Below, in pieces: positions 1 through 12,012 of a stretch of 43,016 bases of DNA. This DNA is from Nemertoderma westbladi (Eukaryota > Animalia > Xenacoelomorpha). The translations under genes were made by a program, and so were the position numbers. The notes beneath the pieces were generated by a model. It was given only the letters and a program-made list of their open reading frames with translations. It did no database searches and was not told the DNA's origin. The stretch lies in NCBI GenBank assembly GCA_032718475.1, contig JAUCBJ010000957.1:1-43016 (forward strand), written 5' to 3'. Each line of letters begins with the position of its first letter. Positions within the stretch are counted from its first letter, which is position 1.

Positions 1-362
1 GGTGAAATGGACGCGCACTAGGCTGGCTTCTGCTAATGTTGTGTTTATTGGTATAAAAAATTTGTCTTCTTCTAAAGTATATTTATAAACCAAAAGACAT
101 ATAAATTTTGGCAGGTTAAACTGCTAAAGGTCTTCAAAAGCGCGTACAGCAGCAATGAATGACGGTACCGGAAGCCAGAGTTCACACAGGTTCGTAGTAT
201 AGGCCTAGCCTATGTAACAAATGCAGAAATGTAATTTAATGAATTGTAATTAATTAAATTGAAATGTAGGCTAAATAAATAAATAGGGCGTATAATAAAT
301 TTAAATAAATAAATAGAAGTACCAGATTTCTGGCGTTGATTAAAAACACTGAACAGCGGGAC

Positions 363-621
363 GGGCTCAAAGCAATTTGGTGCACACCACTTGACTGCCT
401 GATTGTTTTTGGTTATACAGTAGTGTGACTATTGACTGTCTGACCATGTGACTACTGACTGTCTGTGTCTGACCATATGGTTTCCCTCAATTGGTAAAGT
501 GGTCGTTTATTGTTTTGGTTAGAAAAGCCCGCCTCTGTAACCTGCTCCTTTCAGCCTTTCCCTATAAATGAGCAATTTTGAAAAAAAATCACAAGTGGTG
601 TGCACCAAATTGATTATTCCC
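363..621. mobile_element. MITE with terminal inverted repeats and 7-bp TSD, carrying one copy of the 69-bp satellite monomer
   Basis: caatttggtgcacaccacttg (373-393) is the reverse complement of caagtggtgtgcaccaaattg (592-612). Termini are GGG...CCC. gcgggac is duplicated at 356-362 and 622-628. 481-552 matches the 9386-10340 satellite unit. Confidence 0.75.
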
Positions 622-654
622 GCGGGACAATGCCGATATCACGCGATCAGCCAA

Positions 655-912
655 TGGAATCTATGAAACCCGGATCAGGAAGAAGGCTACTGAGTCTATT
701 AAATTGAAACTCTGAAAATATCGCGACCCGGGACGATGGCCGCACTGTATACTAAACCCAGGACGATTCGACGGAGTCTATTAAACCCGGGACGATGACG
801 GCAGACTCTATGAAACCCGGGACGATGGCGACGGAGTCTATTAAACCCGGGACGATGTCGGCGGAGTCTATTAAACCTAAAACGATGGCTTCTGATTCTG
901 AGTCTATTAAAC
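655..912 (+). repeat. Degenerate 30-bp tandem repeat that reads ESIKPGTMxx on the + strand
   Basis: Unit gagtctattaaacccgggacgatg(n6), about 6-8 copies. An open frame runs from ~774 to TGA at ~927, with frameshifts upstream. Confidence 0.7.
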
Positions 913-1140
913 ATTTTACTGGTTTGTGAGATCGACCTGCCAATACTAACTCAACTCGCTTTCTCCGAATTCCTAGTAATATATTTTGATTTTAATAATA
1001 ATTATTCAACTTATTAATTTTGTTGTTTATAATGAATTATACAGTTATAATGTAAAGTAATTATATCTTTTGACAGACTACCGTACTGACAGACTGTATG
1101 AGCGACTGTGATAAAAAAGTAAATGGTGCCGAAATATTAA

Positions 1141-2446
1141 CACTTAACTGCAGATAGAGGGGGGTGGGGGGGGGGGGGGGGACTTTCGACGCAATCAAAA
1201 TTCTTCCCTCTCCAGGTGAAAATCAACGCAAATAACAGCTGTTTACTCCTAAAAATAAAACTGCAACCTGTTCTATTGAGTTTTATTTATTCCTTTTGGT
1301 TAGAATAACGTGCCACCGTAACTAAACACTAAACCCAGATCGCATCGCATTCCTCGTCGACGTAAGTCTGACTCTTCCCGTCGCACTCCGTGACCGGAGT
1401 AAGAAACTACGCAAAATACTGCAATCTATAAACCCAGTATACGTGCTACCGGTACGCCTACTGGTTAAAAGTAATCTTATTTAGCGACATTTTATACGCA
1501 ACTAAATTTATAATGTATGAAAAGACCAAATGAAATTTAATATTAATTTTCGCCTGTCTGCATGGATGTTTATTTTTAGATTATCTTTCATTTGGCGGTC
1601 CAGTTCGCCACTCTTTCGATCCAGTTCGGTTCAGTTCGGTCCAGATTCGAGTACAGTACTATCCATGCTTTTTTGGTTTGTTGAATTCATTATTACATTA
1701 GTAATCGAAAGCAAGATTAGAAGGAAAATTTTCATTTTTTTATCAATAGAAAGTAAAAGAGCACCAAAAGTGCAAGTGGTACTCAAAATTGGTAAATTGG
1801 CCATACAGTTTGGCTACTGAGATTGTAGAATGTGCTGATTTCATTGGGAAGGTTTATTCCTCTACATCAAACATATCGAAGAGTTGTGTAAATATACTGT
1901 AACAACATACAGTAGGCATGTTGTTATATTAGTTATTCCCTAGTCAGTTATTTGTGCCCCTGGAGCGCGAAAAAAACAAGTTAGTGGAAATATGATAATG
2001 AAAAATCACCACAAATTGATTTTATAACCATATGGGTTTTTTGGGATGCTATGATCACGAATATGACATTAAAAAATATCGTACCTTGTTGATTACGGCT
2101 TTTTTGGATACGTGTCAATGTGCGGCACGAAAAATACAAGTAGCACAAATTTCATAATGAATAATCATTACCAAATCAAATTTTATAACATTTGGGGTTT
2201 TTTGGAATGCTGATCACGAATATGACACTGAAAAATATACCAGAATAGTTTCAGAATTACCAAACCAAAGGCAAAATTTGCACATACCAGAAATATTTAT
2301 AATATAACTACTTTCATCGTGATCAGCGACTTCGAAAACTCGAAATTTCTAAAATAACCACCCTCATCCCCTGCACCCACCCCCCCCCCCCCCCCCCCGG
2401 GCCAATTAAGTACTGTAATATAGCCCGGGCCAGATAGCAGATAGGG
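1141..2446. mobile_element. Putative piggyBac-type non-autonomous element
   Basis: TTAA at 1137-1140 and 2447-2450. Imperfect TIR cacttaactgc / gcagataggg. Subterminal poly-G (1158-1181) mirrors poly-C (~2377-2398). Internal tgatcacgaatatgac repeats. Confidence 0.5.
1660..1858 (-). repeat. Dispersed repeat fragment, same family as the 3383-3698 and 5269-5615 copies
   Basis: Reverse complement aligns to ccaatgaaatcagcacattcta...ggtgctcttt...ttcgattactaat...ccaaaaaagcat in the 5410-5615 region. Confidence 0.75.
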
Positions 2447-3382
2447 TTAAACGTACCGGTAACTCGGGATTAACTGAATATGAATCTCTTAATTCCGCAT
2501 CAAACACATACTGTAGTAGAGTAGAGTAAAATAAAGTTCCTCAAATCATGAAACGACACTATATTCCAGGATAGTTAATAATAAATCCCCTAAATAATAT
2601 CAGTTCCTCATTATATTGAAGTCGTAATATTAATAATTTATCTCAGCATATCTATTATGTATCAATTACCTTTGTATATTAAATCCAACTCAGTAAGAAG
2701 CGAACACTACTGTTAAGGTCCGAAAGGGCCGATTTCTTTGGGGGATTCAGATAGGAGTCCTTCTGGTTTAGGCAAGAAGAATAAACCTAGCATGATGATT
2801 CTTAAAGAATAACCGGCCCCACCAACAACCCCAAGTCCAGCAGTAGCTTCATCTCTAGATCAGATAAAGAACTAATTTTACTCTCCTTCATGAATTTCGA
2901 TGGACGATGGACGGTATATTATTTTTACTGGCGGTCTCCGAGGAATTTGAGGTATTTATATTTATGTGACAATGAAGTCGGAACAGAATCCGGGTTTACT
3001 GAATATATCGCCCGTCGAAATGTACAAATGTTAGTGGAAGGCCCTGGCACCTGGTGTCATCTGATCTGTAAAAAATCCCTGACTAGTCGAACTAAGTGCC
3101 ACTGTAGACCGAGCGCGCAAACGGAATCTATACACTACACACAGCACAGCACATTCCAACTTTCCCGTTAACTGCTACGGCCTCCATACAGATTCAGATA
3201 CTATGTCCCGACTAGATTAGGCCCCCGTGGCTGCCAGCCCGTGTAGAAGTGATAATAACTAGTCAAATAAACACAGGTATTCAGGTAATGTAATAATGAT
3301 AAGGCATTGATGCCTAACACAGTACAGCATAATGCACTCAGCAGTAATGTAATGCCTAACGCAGTAGTACAGTATAATGCAC

Positions 3383-3698
3383 TGCACATACCACATACAG
3401 AATAATACACTACATTACCGGACCAGTACCGACCAGAGTACTGAAAAAGAAGTACAATTTTAGCGCTTAAAGGACTTAAAATTTTCGACTGACACATTGG
3501 CCATTTTTGAAAATACCAAAAATTTTATAAATATTGCCAATGAAATCAGCACATTCTAAAACCTCAGTAGCCAAACTATACGGCTAAATTACCACTTTTG
3601 GCTATTTGAAAATTTCGAGCTACTTGTAATTTTGGTGCTCTTTCAGTGTCTATTATAAAATAAACAATGAAGATTTTATTCTAATTCGATTACTAATA
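3383..3698 (+). repeat. Left copy of ~315-bp direct repeat flanking a LINE fragment
   Basis: Colinear and highly similar to 5269-5581 (tgcacata...ttcgattactaata). Confidence 0.9.
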
Positions 3699-5268
3699 TT
3701 TCCTTTCATTTCTTTTAATCAAATAAAATTGATATAACACAGATTATTGGGTCATAAAATATATACAGTACAGTAATTACACAAAAGCAACAATAAAATA
3801 CGTAGCCCAACATAGATAAAATCAATGTTAACTTTACAAACTTTAAATAAAACAGTGTTCAGTTTGAAATAAAGGCTGTACAAGATTCATAAAAATCATA
3901 TGATGTTATAAATTCATAGGTGTAGTCGTTCGTGATAATTGTACAACGAATTAATATTCCGAAAGAAGTGTTCTAAGTGGTAAATCACAAAGTAGTACAG
4001 CAGGTCCAAGGTCAATCACCCCAGCTCCAGCAACAGTCAGTTTAGAGGTCTCCATGGTCTAAGTGCAAGTACGCGAGCGAAACGTAGAAAAGGTCAGCGT
4101 ATGGTGCAAGCTACGTGCTTCCAACCTTTCCCTTGGATGTAATTAAGGTTACAGCCTGTAGGAGCTCCGGTGGATCCCGGTGGAATGCTCAGCAATGCCG
4201 ATATGAAATCAGTGAAATGGTATTTAGATCCCGTGCTGTGATGGTAACTCAGACGATATTGAAGTATTGAGTAATCCTATTGTGTTTGTCTTTGAATGAT
4301 ATGTTCTTGAGATTGTAACATTCCTCGATGTACCTGGCATTAATGCATTCGATGGTCGTGAGGGTTCCCAATTTAATTCTCGCTTTCAGTTCTTTAACAC
4401 CGTAGCTGTGTTGTAGAAGGGAACTTATACTTGGCATTGCGAACTCTAGATTATTGCAGCGGTTGTACAAACTACCAATACCTACGTATCTCTTCATTGT
4501 GTCCATTGTGTTGATTTGCAGCATATTGCGAAGGTTGTACTGTAGATTTGGATTGGGACAGGATGTTAGTCGCCATAAAATTCCGATACAGGATGTAAAG
4601 GCATCGAAAGCAAGTGGTTGGCACCCCATTAAACAGTATATCACCTGATTCGAAGCGTATGTTCCAAGATGGAGTAGGCCCCTTAGTGTTTTCCGGTAAT
4701 AAATCTCAAGTTTTTCAATCTCGGTCTTTGTTAAGCGCCCTCTCAGGAATTTTGCGTTGTATAGTATCATAGGGAGTGCAACAGACCTCCACAGGTGAGC
4801 GAGAGTAGTGGTATTGAGCCACCTGAGAGTCCATGCGTTCCGGTGAAAAGATTCAGAGGCCATGGCGATTAGACGGATACACTCAGCGAGAGGATTGGGT
4901 CGCCAGAATTCTAGCTTGTATCCAAGGAATAGCAGCATAGATTGCCCTGGTATGAGTGTGTTCTTAATAGTGATGAAGGTAGGGATGCTGACGTTACTAA
5001 CGTTGGTTTTACTGGGGACACAGTAAGTCCATTTAGTCTTACTACTCTCAATATCCAGATGTACAGTATATTCCGCAGATTGTCGATGATGATGGATAGG
5101 ATTCTTTCGAGGTCCTCTGGATTTCTTGCCAGCACTAATATGTCGTCGGCGTACGCAATAATGTCCATCCAATTGCTCCCAGCTGTATGTTTATACCCAG
5201 CAGAGTCCAGTGCGTGAAAGACGTCACTCAGATAAAAGTTGGATAAGACTGACGAGATGTTGGATCCT
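3699..5268 (-). mobile_element. 5'-truncated, frameshifted non-LTR retrotransposon (reverse transcriptase pseudogene)
   Basis: ORF 4911-5285 has QGSNISSVLSN (RT motif 4) and IIAYADDILVL (motif 5). Overlapping ORF 4249-5172 has FLGY (motif 7) and thumb-like LPMILY...KLEIYYRKTLRGLL. Confidence 0.85.
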
Positions 5269-5581
5269 TGCACATACTGTACCACATACAGAATAATACA
5301 CTACATTACCGGAAGCAGTACCGACCAGAGTACTGAAATAGAAGTGCACTGCCTGGCACTTAAAATTTTCGACTGACACATTGGCCATTTTTGAAAATAC
5401 CACAATTTTATAAACTTTGCCAATGAAATCAGCACATTCTAAAACCTCAGAAGCCAAACTATACGGCTAAATTACCACTTTTGGCTATTTGAAAATTTCG
5501 AGCTACTTGTAATTTTGGTGCTCTTTTCGTGTCTATTATAAAATAAACAATGAAGATTTTATTCTAATTCGATTACTAATA
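5269..5581 (+). repeat. Right copy of ~315-bp direct repeat flanking the LINE fragment
   Basis: Matches 3383-3698. Continues into the host repeat sequence also seen inverted at 1660-1700. Confidence 0.9.
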
Positions 5582-6212
5582 ATTAATTCGACTATCCAAA
5601 AAAGCATAATATGGATTAATGGTTATACCAAAGCCTTGAAGGGTGATGCTTGTATTTTGAGTAATTTTATCAATTCCAAAAAGTGCTGATATGGTATGGG
5701 TGCCAGGAACTCCTCATATCTCGAAAACTACTGGAGCTATTAAATTTTTATTTGTCTCATCTGAAAGAGGACATAATTTTAGTTAGGGACAAGTACTTTC
5801 GACGCGCTAGACATATTGTTTCAGGGGTTCTATCTAAGAGAAATAACTGGCCCACTAAATTTAGGGGCTTTGCAGCAGCTTGGCGTGTCTACAGTAGGTC
5901 AGGGCCTGGCATTTCAGCGCTCCTGGGTGAGTGCGTCCGGGGGAACATTCCCCCCTCGCTACGCCTCTGGTAATAAGGCACTGCCCGTGACTGTGTATTA
6001 TTCATTGGCAATATTATGATAATCGATGCATGGTAGGCATAGCCGTTGTCTGATTGGTTAATATCACTTCAATTGCTTGCCAATCTGAATGAATTATCTG
6101 ATGGATTTAGTTCCAAACTCGAATGTTGACCAATAAGAAACGATGATGACAAATATTCCTGGAATTATTAATCTCCTTTTTGTTAGGCCTACAATTCTGC
6201 GCTCTTTTACCT

Positions 6213-6310
6213 CGGGTCAGCTTAGCCAAGTGGATACTTCCCTTGAAAATGGTTTCAAAATCAAACTGCACTTGATCATCACGGGTTCGAGTCCCGTTGT
6301 TTCCACTGGC
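6213..6310 (+). mobile_element. tRNA-like Pol III promoter head (SINE-like remnant)
   Basis: A-box-like tagccaagtgg (~6222) and B-box ggttcgagtccc (~6283). No full cloverleaf seen. Confidence 0.45.
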
Positions 6311-7069
6311 GCCTTCTGACCTTTTTGATCTTGTAATATTCCAAACATTAACATATCCTTTGTTTCAACTTCGTTCAAGTTGTGTAAAATTTTGTTATAA
6401 ACAATGTCCCACCCTATCCCGCACTCTCATAGCCCATTGCACCCTCCGATGCACACCAATACTTACAACAACCCTGCCCTACCCAAACTTAAAATTGATA
6501 GATATTTATAAAATTGATTGATAGCACTGATTGAATCATATTTGGGATTCAATTATGGTGAGATCCTGACCTACTAACTATATTAGGTCGTGGAGAGAGT
6601 TAATTTTATGGTCAGAAGTTAGTATTTATAATTTTAATTTCGATATAATTTCTTGTATTTCGGAAGTTTGAGTTTCATAACTAATGATCCAATGTCATAT
6701 GCATGAGTTCAACAACTAATTTGTGGTATAATTTTGATTGAATGCAATCTGACATTCCTTAAAAAATAATGTTAACAGTTAATAACAGTTTACACAAAGC
6801 TAAGGTTTCACATACATATAAACATTGTTAATTAATAAAATATCATATTGCTAATTGCACTTTTAAATTATGACAAAGTAGCAGCTGTACCACAGACACA
6901 AGTATAACAGCTGATAGTTATGTGCATTAATGCATGCATTTTGTAATGGATTGGTTCTACATCTACATTCAAATTGACTTATTGTGTTTGGTTATGTAAA
7001 TAATAATGTGTGTAAAATAATACGTTACGACCATTGTACGAGTCGTACCGATGACACCTTAGATGTTAA

Positions 7070-7876
7070 TTAAATTAATAGATTCGGTTCAGTTGCTTCT
7101 GTTTGGGAAGGGAACTCCTTAACAATATCTGAGTTGTTTATTAAACCCCGAACCAACGAGCGGTAGTTGCAACCGGAACTAAACAAGTGCTGCAACACAA
7201 TCGGGTTGGGGATCGGATAAGGTTTACTAGAGAACTCCCCGATAAAATCGGGATAACCGATCGTATTAGTAGACCTGTCGCCCCCATGACATGGTATTCT
7301 ATGGCAACCCGCGTCGTCTAGATTCACGGTCACAACACTTTTACTGCCGGGAGACAAGGATCCCGGTTTCGCGAATAGAATAGCGGAATCGTTGAGAAAT
7401 TCGTCGAATTCGAGACGCGATCGGAACGCGTTGAGGAACGGGATCCCCGGAACGGATGTAATCGGAACGCCCATATCCGAGACAACGCATTTCTCGATTA
7501 AACTACCCGGAACATCGTCGCATAAAAGTTGGCAAAGCGATAGTATCTCCGCGGCGGTGAAACAACTCTGGGATAAGAATACTTCCTTGTAACATCGATA
7601 TAAACATTTAATAAAACTCCTTCGATTCCAATGGGTTTTCTTAACGAAATCGAATTCGCGGAATAAAACATGCGTTCCTTCGGAGACGCTACGAAAATAA
7701 TCGGCTACAACTCTAGCCGTTGATGGCGGCTCTGGGTGTGGGAGGTCTCCCTTGGCCAAAGTATTCAAAGCTTGATTAACTAGTAACACCTCCGATATAC
7801 AATCCGATAGGTAAACTACCAGATCGTGTTTCTCTACGTATTCGGCGCAGGAATAACGGGATGGTTTGTTTGACAT
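7070..7876 (-). CDS. CSTPP1: Centriolar satellite-associated tubulin polyglutamylase complex regulator 1 (C11orf49 homolog), single-exon CDS
   Basis: 268-aa ATG-initiated ORF. Motifs EYVEKHDLVVYLSD, YFRSVSEGTHVLFREFDFV, NRRSFI and LCQLLCDDVP resemble vertebrate C11orf49 (YFNSVCQGTHILFREFSFV, LLQLLCPDFP) as I recall it. Confidence 0.85.
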   Translation of the reverse strand: MSNKPSRYSCAEYVEKHDLVVYLSDCISEVLLVNQALNTLAKGDLPHPEPPSTARVVADYFRSVSEGTHVLFREFDFVKKTHWNRRSFIKCLYRCYKEVFLSQSCFTAAEILSLCQLLCDDVPGSLIEKCVVSDMGVPITSVPGIPFLNAFRSRLEFDEFLNDSAILFAKPGSLSPGSKSVVTVNLDDAGCHRIPCHGGDRSTNTIGYPDFIGEFSSKPYPIPNPIVLQHLFSSGCNYRSLVRGLINNSDIVKEFPSQTEATEPNLLI

Positions 7877-8183
7877 AATTGTTTATCATTAGGGTCTATA
7901 TCAGTATATGCTATAGCATAGCAGGCTATAGCAGTAGATTCCTCTAAATGTTAGGATAATTTAAAATCTTAAAAATTGAATTTCAGAGATCTCTATAAAT
8001 AAATACCGCACCTTCAGTTCAGATCAGACCATTTTTCAGTTTTTATTGGTATTTCTGCAAAGTTATATTTTAAGGCCTACCAACGAATTATCCACAATTA
8101 ATTGCTGCAATCCAATGCCACTATGCCACTAATGCCAGGAAAAACAATATATTGAAAAAGAGTTAATAAATTCCAAATTCCGA

Positions 8184-8537
8184 TCACTCGATGGTCTCCT
8201 GTTTGTCCTTCACTGCAACCTTAAATCGTTCTTCCAGTAAAGAAATCTCTGATAATAAGTCAGTGAGAGCATTCTTAAAGGCTTCCTGAGGCGTAGACTC
8301 TGTGGTTGTTTGTACACGAAGAACGAACTTGTGCTCCAGTGGATGGGGTACCTTGTAACCAGCGAATATGACTCCGGGGTCTTTCAGCAGTTGACACGTG
8401 ATCATATTTCCCAGCGTGTGGTCCTCCTTCATCACAGAGAAGATTGCAGCGTTAGGAACTTTCGTATCTTTTTGTATCGTAACTTTCTTTTCTCCACCGA
8501 ACAATAGAAATGACTCAAAAGGGGGAGGTGCATTCAT
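8184..8537 (-). CDS. POLR2J: DNA-directed RNA polymerase II subunit RPB11, single-exon CDS, 117 aa
   Basis: [13 protein letters not shown]...KEDHTLGN...[13 protein letters not shown] is the RPB11 signature. The true ATG is at 8537; the ORF-track start at 8612 is non-ATG. Confidence 0.97.
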   Translation of the reverse strand: MNAPPPFESFLLFGGEKKVTIQKDTKVPNAAIFSVMKEDHTLGNMITCQLLKDPGVIFAGYKVPHPLEHKFVLRVQTTTESTPQEAFKNALTDLLSEISLLEERFKVAVKDKQETIE

Positions 8538-9385
8538 ATTTATAACATAGACGGCACTGCAGTACACAGTGCCGTACAGTACTGGCAATCTAGCCTCTGT
8601 AGGGTAGGCCAATAGGCCTATGCTATATCAGCACCGGTATGTCCCGATATCTGTATATCCCTGTATCCAGATACTGAGATATCATAAAAACCAATAACTG
8701 CAGAACTCTAGACTGCTGGACTGTCAGACTGTAGTACTGCAGTACTGTAGACTGGTAGAGCGGTATAACAACTGTATATTAGAACACAGACACATAAGCA
8801 GCAAACCCTCGCATGCATCATCAACCAACAGAGCAATCAAAACGCAATAATTTTTATTGTCCGTTTAAATCCTTTTTTGTCCTTTTTTTTTTATTTTTTA
8901 TGTCCTCCAAAAGTCTAATGTTAGGTTCCATGCTACCGGTTTCTCTACTGCTGTTCTCTCAGGCTATCAGTACCGGTATTAGTATATATAGCACTATTTT
9001 GCTGTATTGTATGTACAGATGTAGGTATAAAGCAGGTATTTCTGTATTTTAGTACCGGTACAGGCACCGGTACTGCTATAGGCCTACTATGTAGCCTACC
9101 TTTTAAATACGGTAATGGTAGGCCAACCGGTTGTGCTAATAAATTTTAAATAATTGCAGGCCAAACTGGATTGCAGGATTGTGGAAAATGTGGATATACC
9201 TTTCACATAATTTAGGCCTATTACTGTATTAGTTTTATAATCAATAATGGATCATGACTACTGTCTGAGTAGTGTTACGGATAGTGGCACCACTACTTCC
9301 AACAGTACAGATCAGTTCATAAACTCATCCGTACTCGAAAAAACTGAAAACTAATTTGACAGGTGGAGTTTGGTTTGTTGACAGT

Positions 9386-10340
9386 TTGGTTAGAAAATCC
9401 CGCCTCTGTAACCTGCTCCTTTCCCCGAATTGGTAAAGTGACCGTTTATTGTTTTGGTTAGAAAGGCCCGCCTCTGTAACCTGCCCCTTTCCCTCAATTA
9501 TTTAAATGATCGTTTATTGTTTTGGTTAGATAATCCCGCCTCTGTAACCTGCTCCTTTCCCTCCAATTGGTAATGTTATCGTTTATTGTTTTGGTTAGAA
9601 AATCCCGCCTCTGTAACCTGCTCCTTTCTCTCAATTGGTAATGTTATCGTTTATTGTTTTGGTTAGAAAATCCCGTCTCTGTAACCTGCTCCTTTCTCTC
9701 AATTAGTTAAATGATCGTTTATTGTTTTGGTTAGAAAATCCCGCCTCTGTAACCTGCCCCTTTCCCTCAATTAGTTAAATGATCGTTTATTGTTTTGGTT
9801 ATAAAATCCCGCCTCTGTAACCTGCTCCTTTCCCTGATTTGGTAAAGTGACTGTTTATTGTTTTAGTTAGAAAATCCGGCCTTAACCTGCTTCTTTCCCT
9901 CAATTAGTTAAGTGATCGTTTATTGTTTTGGTTAGAAAATCCCGCCTCTGTAACCTGCTCCTTTCCCTCAATTGGTAATGTTATCGTTTATTGTTTTGGT
10001 TAGAAAATCCCGCCTCTGTAACCTGCTCCTCTCTCTCAATTGGTAATGTTATCGTTTATTGTTTTGGTTAGAAAATCCCGTCTCTGTAACCGGCTCCTTT
10101 CCCTCAATTAGTTAAATGATCGTTTATTGTTTTGGTTAGAAAATCCCGCATCTGTAACCTGCTCCTTTCCCTCAATAAGTTAAGTGATCGTTCATTGTTT
10201 TGGTTAGAAAATCCCGCCTCTGTAACCTGCTCCTTTCCCTCAATTAGTTAAGTGATCGTTTATTGTTTGGTTAGAAAATCCCGTCTCTGTAACCTGCTCC
10301 TTTCCCTGATTTGGTAAAGTGACTGTTTATTGTGACTGTT
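9386..10340 (+). repeat. 69-bp tandem satellite, about 14 copies
   Basis: Unit tttggttagaaaatcccgcctctgtaacctgctcctttccctcaatt(g/a)gt...tcgtttattgt with three recurring sub-variants. Confidence 0.95.
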
Positions 10341-11505
10341 TATGACTCCTTTCCATCAATTGGTAATTGTTTTTGGCTATAAAATGAGTGTTTTGCTACG
10401 TCATGTGGTAATCGATTATCGACAACAACCACAAACTATTAAATATAGAGTCTTTTTACCACCCACAGGCGCATATGGAAATCTATCTTATAGTCTACAA
10501 ATCATGGAATCATGGAATGTTTTGGCACAGGCATAGTGAAATCAACTGTCTGACAGTCCAGAAATCAGCAGTCTGACAGTTTGAAGAAATACATACATAA
10601 AAAGTCATTAAAAGGACAATAAAAGTCATTAAAAGGACAACAAAAGTCATTATGCATAATTCGTAAAAAAAAACGGACAAAAAAAGTCAAATAAAAGGAC
10701 ATAAAAAATCACTGCCCAATCAAAATAGCAAATTCAACCTCTTCAGCAAAGGATCCCTCTGGAGTCCTCCTATTGGCTTGTTTATTTCGTATTTAGTTAA
10801 TTAGAAGACCGTCAGGGCTTATTGCTGTCAAAAAAATGTCTTTGTGTTTGTCTGTATGTATGTTTGTGCACATTGATATTGGCTTGGAAGGGTAAGAAGT
10901 GCTCTACTTCATGGCCAACTATACAAAGAAATGTATCGATTACTTGGGTTCTTATTTCGCTTATTAATTATTTAAGCGGGTAAAATTAAGCTCTTGTTGT
11001 ATAAAAATAGCACAGGTCGAGTCGCCGTGTCCCATTCTCACAAAGTTTTTATTATATTCGAGTGTTTAATATAAAGATGTATGATTATTTATTGATTGAA
11101 AATAAAATAGTATATAAATATGTAATATTCCTACACGCAGCCTGAACTTTGCCTATGGTAGCGAATAGGGAAGGATTTTCTCTGTATCATAGCAACGTTG
11201 TATAATTATTTAACCCTGGCTAGCTGGGAAGACAGGTAGCAAGCTGGTTGGAGTGTTGAGTGTGTCTCAGTAAATCCAATGGTTGGGGTGGGTTGTCTAT
11301 TGAGAACTCCGAACTGGTCATGGCATTAATTCTGCTTTCTCCAAGGCTTGCATGGCTTTACATATTGATTGCGATTGATATTTGATTGGGGATAAGATTA
11401 TCATTTAGTTTTTCGGTTTCAAGTTGTCTTATAGACGGTCTTCATATAGCCAGCTTGCTGGCTTTCTAGTTTTTTAAAAGAACCTTTGTGAATATTACTG
11501 TATAC

Positions 11506-11871
11506 TACTACTACTACTACTAAGATCGACATGCTGCATTGCAGTTGTATTTTTAAGAATGCTATGCCGCCTTATCGACAAAATTGCGTCGCCACAACTC
11601 CATGACACCCATGACATTTGCTACTGTAGATCATCCGCATCTTCAAGGCCAGTGTCCTTTAAGATGCGTCTCAAGAAAGTCATGGGATGTCCACCATGCT
11701 TATTCACTCCATGAGGCTGTCAAAGCACAAATTATGCACTGGCTGGTCCTCTCGGCGAAAGTACTGTCCTGCAAAGCGGAGGTGGCTTTGTTCTAGTGTC
11801 AAGCTAGGGGAAGCCAATGCAACACTTCCAATGCTATATAGTGTCTGATTGGAGATGTGTTCATTATACTT
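11506..11871 (-). mobile_element. RTE-like LINE 3' end with (TAG)n tail; left part of the copy interrupted by the 800-bp array
   Basis: Reverse complement of the 16690-17036 and 18125-18470 sequence. (cta)n tail at ~11506-11522. Continues at 16363. Confidence 0.85.
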
Positions 11872-11974
11872 AATTGAATGTATTAATTGAATGTACCGAC
11901 ATACTGACTAACAGGGGGTTGTGATGTATATATTATCTTTAAGGTAAACACTAGAGACTTACACCCTTTAACTA

Positions 11975-12012
<38 letters not shown>

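Noticed and set aside
2708-2740. Hammerhead-like hairpin ctgttaa-ggtcc-gaaa-gggcc-gatt
   Set aside because: Both catalytic boxes deviate (CUGUUAA, GAUU) and no stems I or III are found.
3383-5581. LTR retrotransposon interpretation of the direct repeats
   Set aside because: No TG...CA ends, primer-binding site or gag/integrase. The RT is non-LTR type and truncated at the repeat, and the repeat belongs to a separate dispersed family.
6213-6310. Functional tRNA gene (also 28800-28873 and 35752-35825)
   Set aside because: A and B boxes are present but there is no consistent cloverleaf or acceptor stem. The 28.8-kb and 35.8-kb cases continue into SINE bodies.
8538-8612. N-terminal extension of RPB11 in the ORF track
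   Set aside because: It starts at a non-ATG codon; the conserved protein begins MNAP at 8537.
9386-10340. CRISPR-like appearance of regular repeats (also 27483-27670)
   Set aside because: There are no unique spacers and no cas genes, and the context is eukaryotic. These are tandem satellites.
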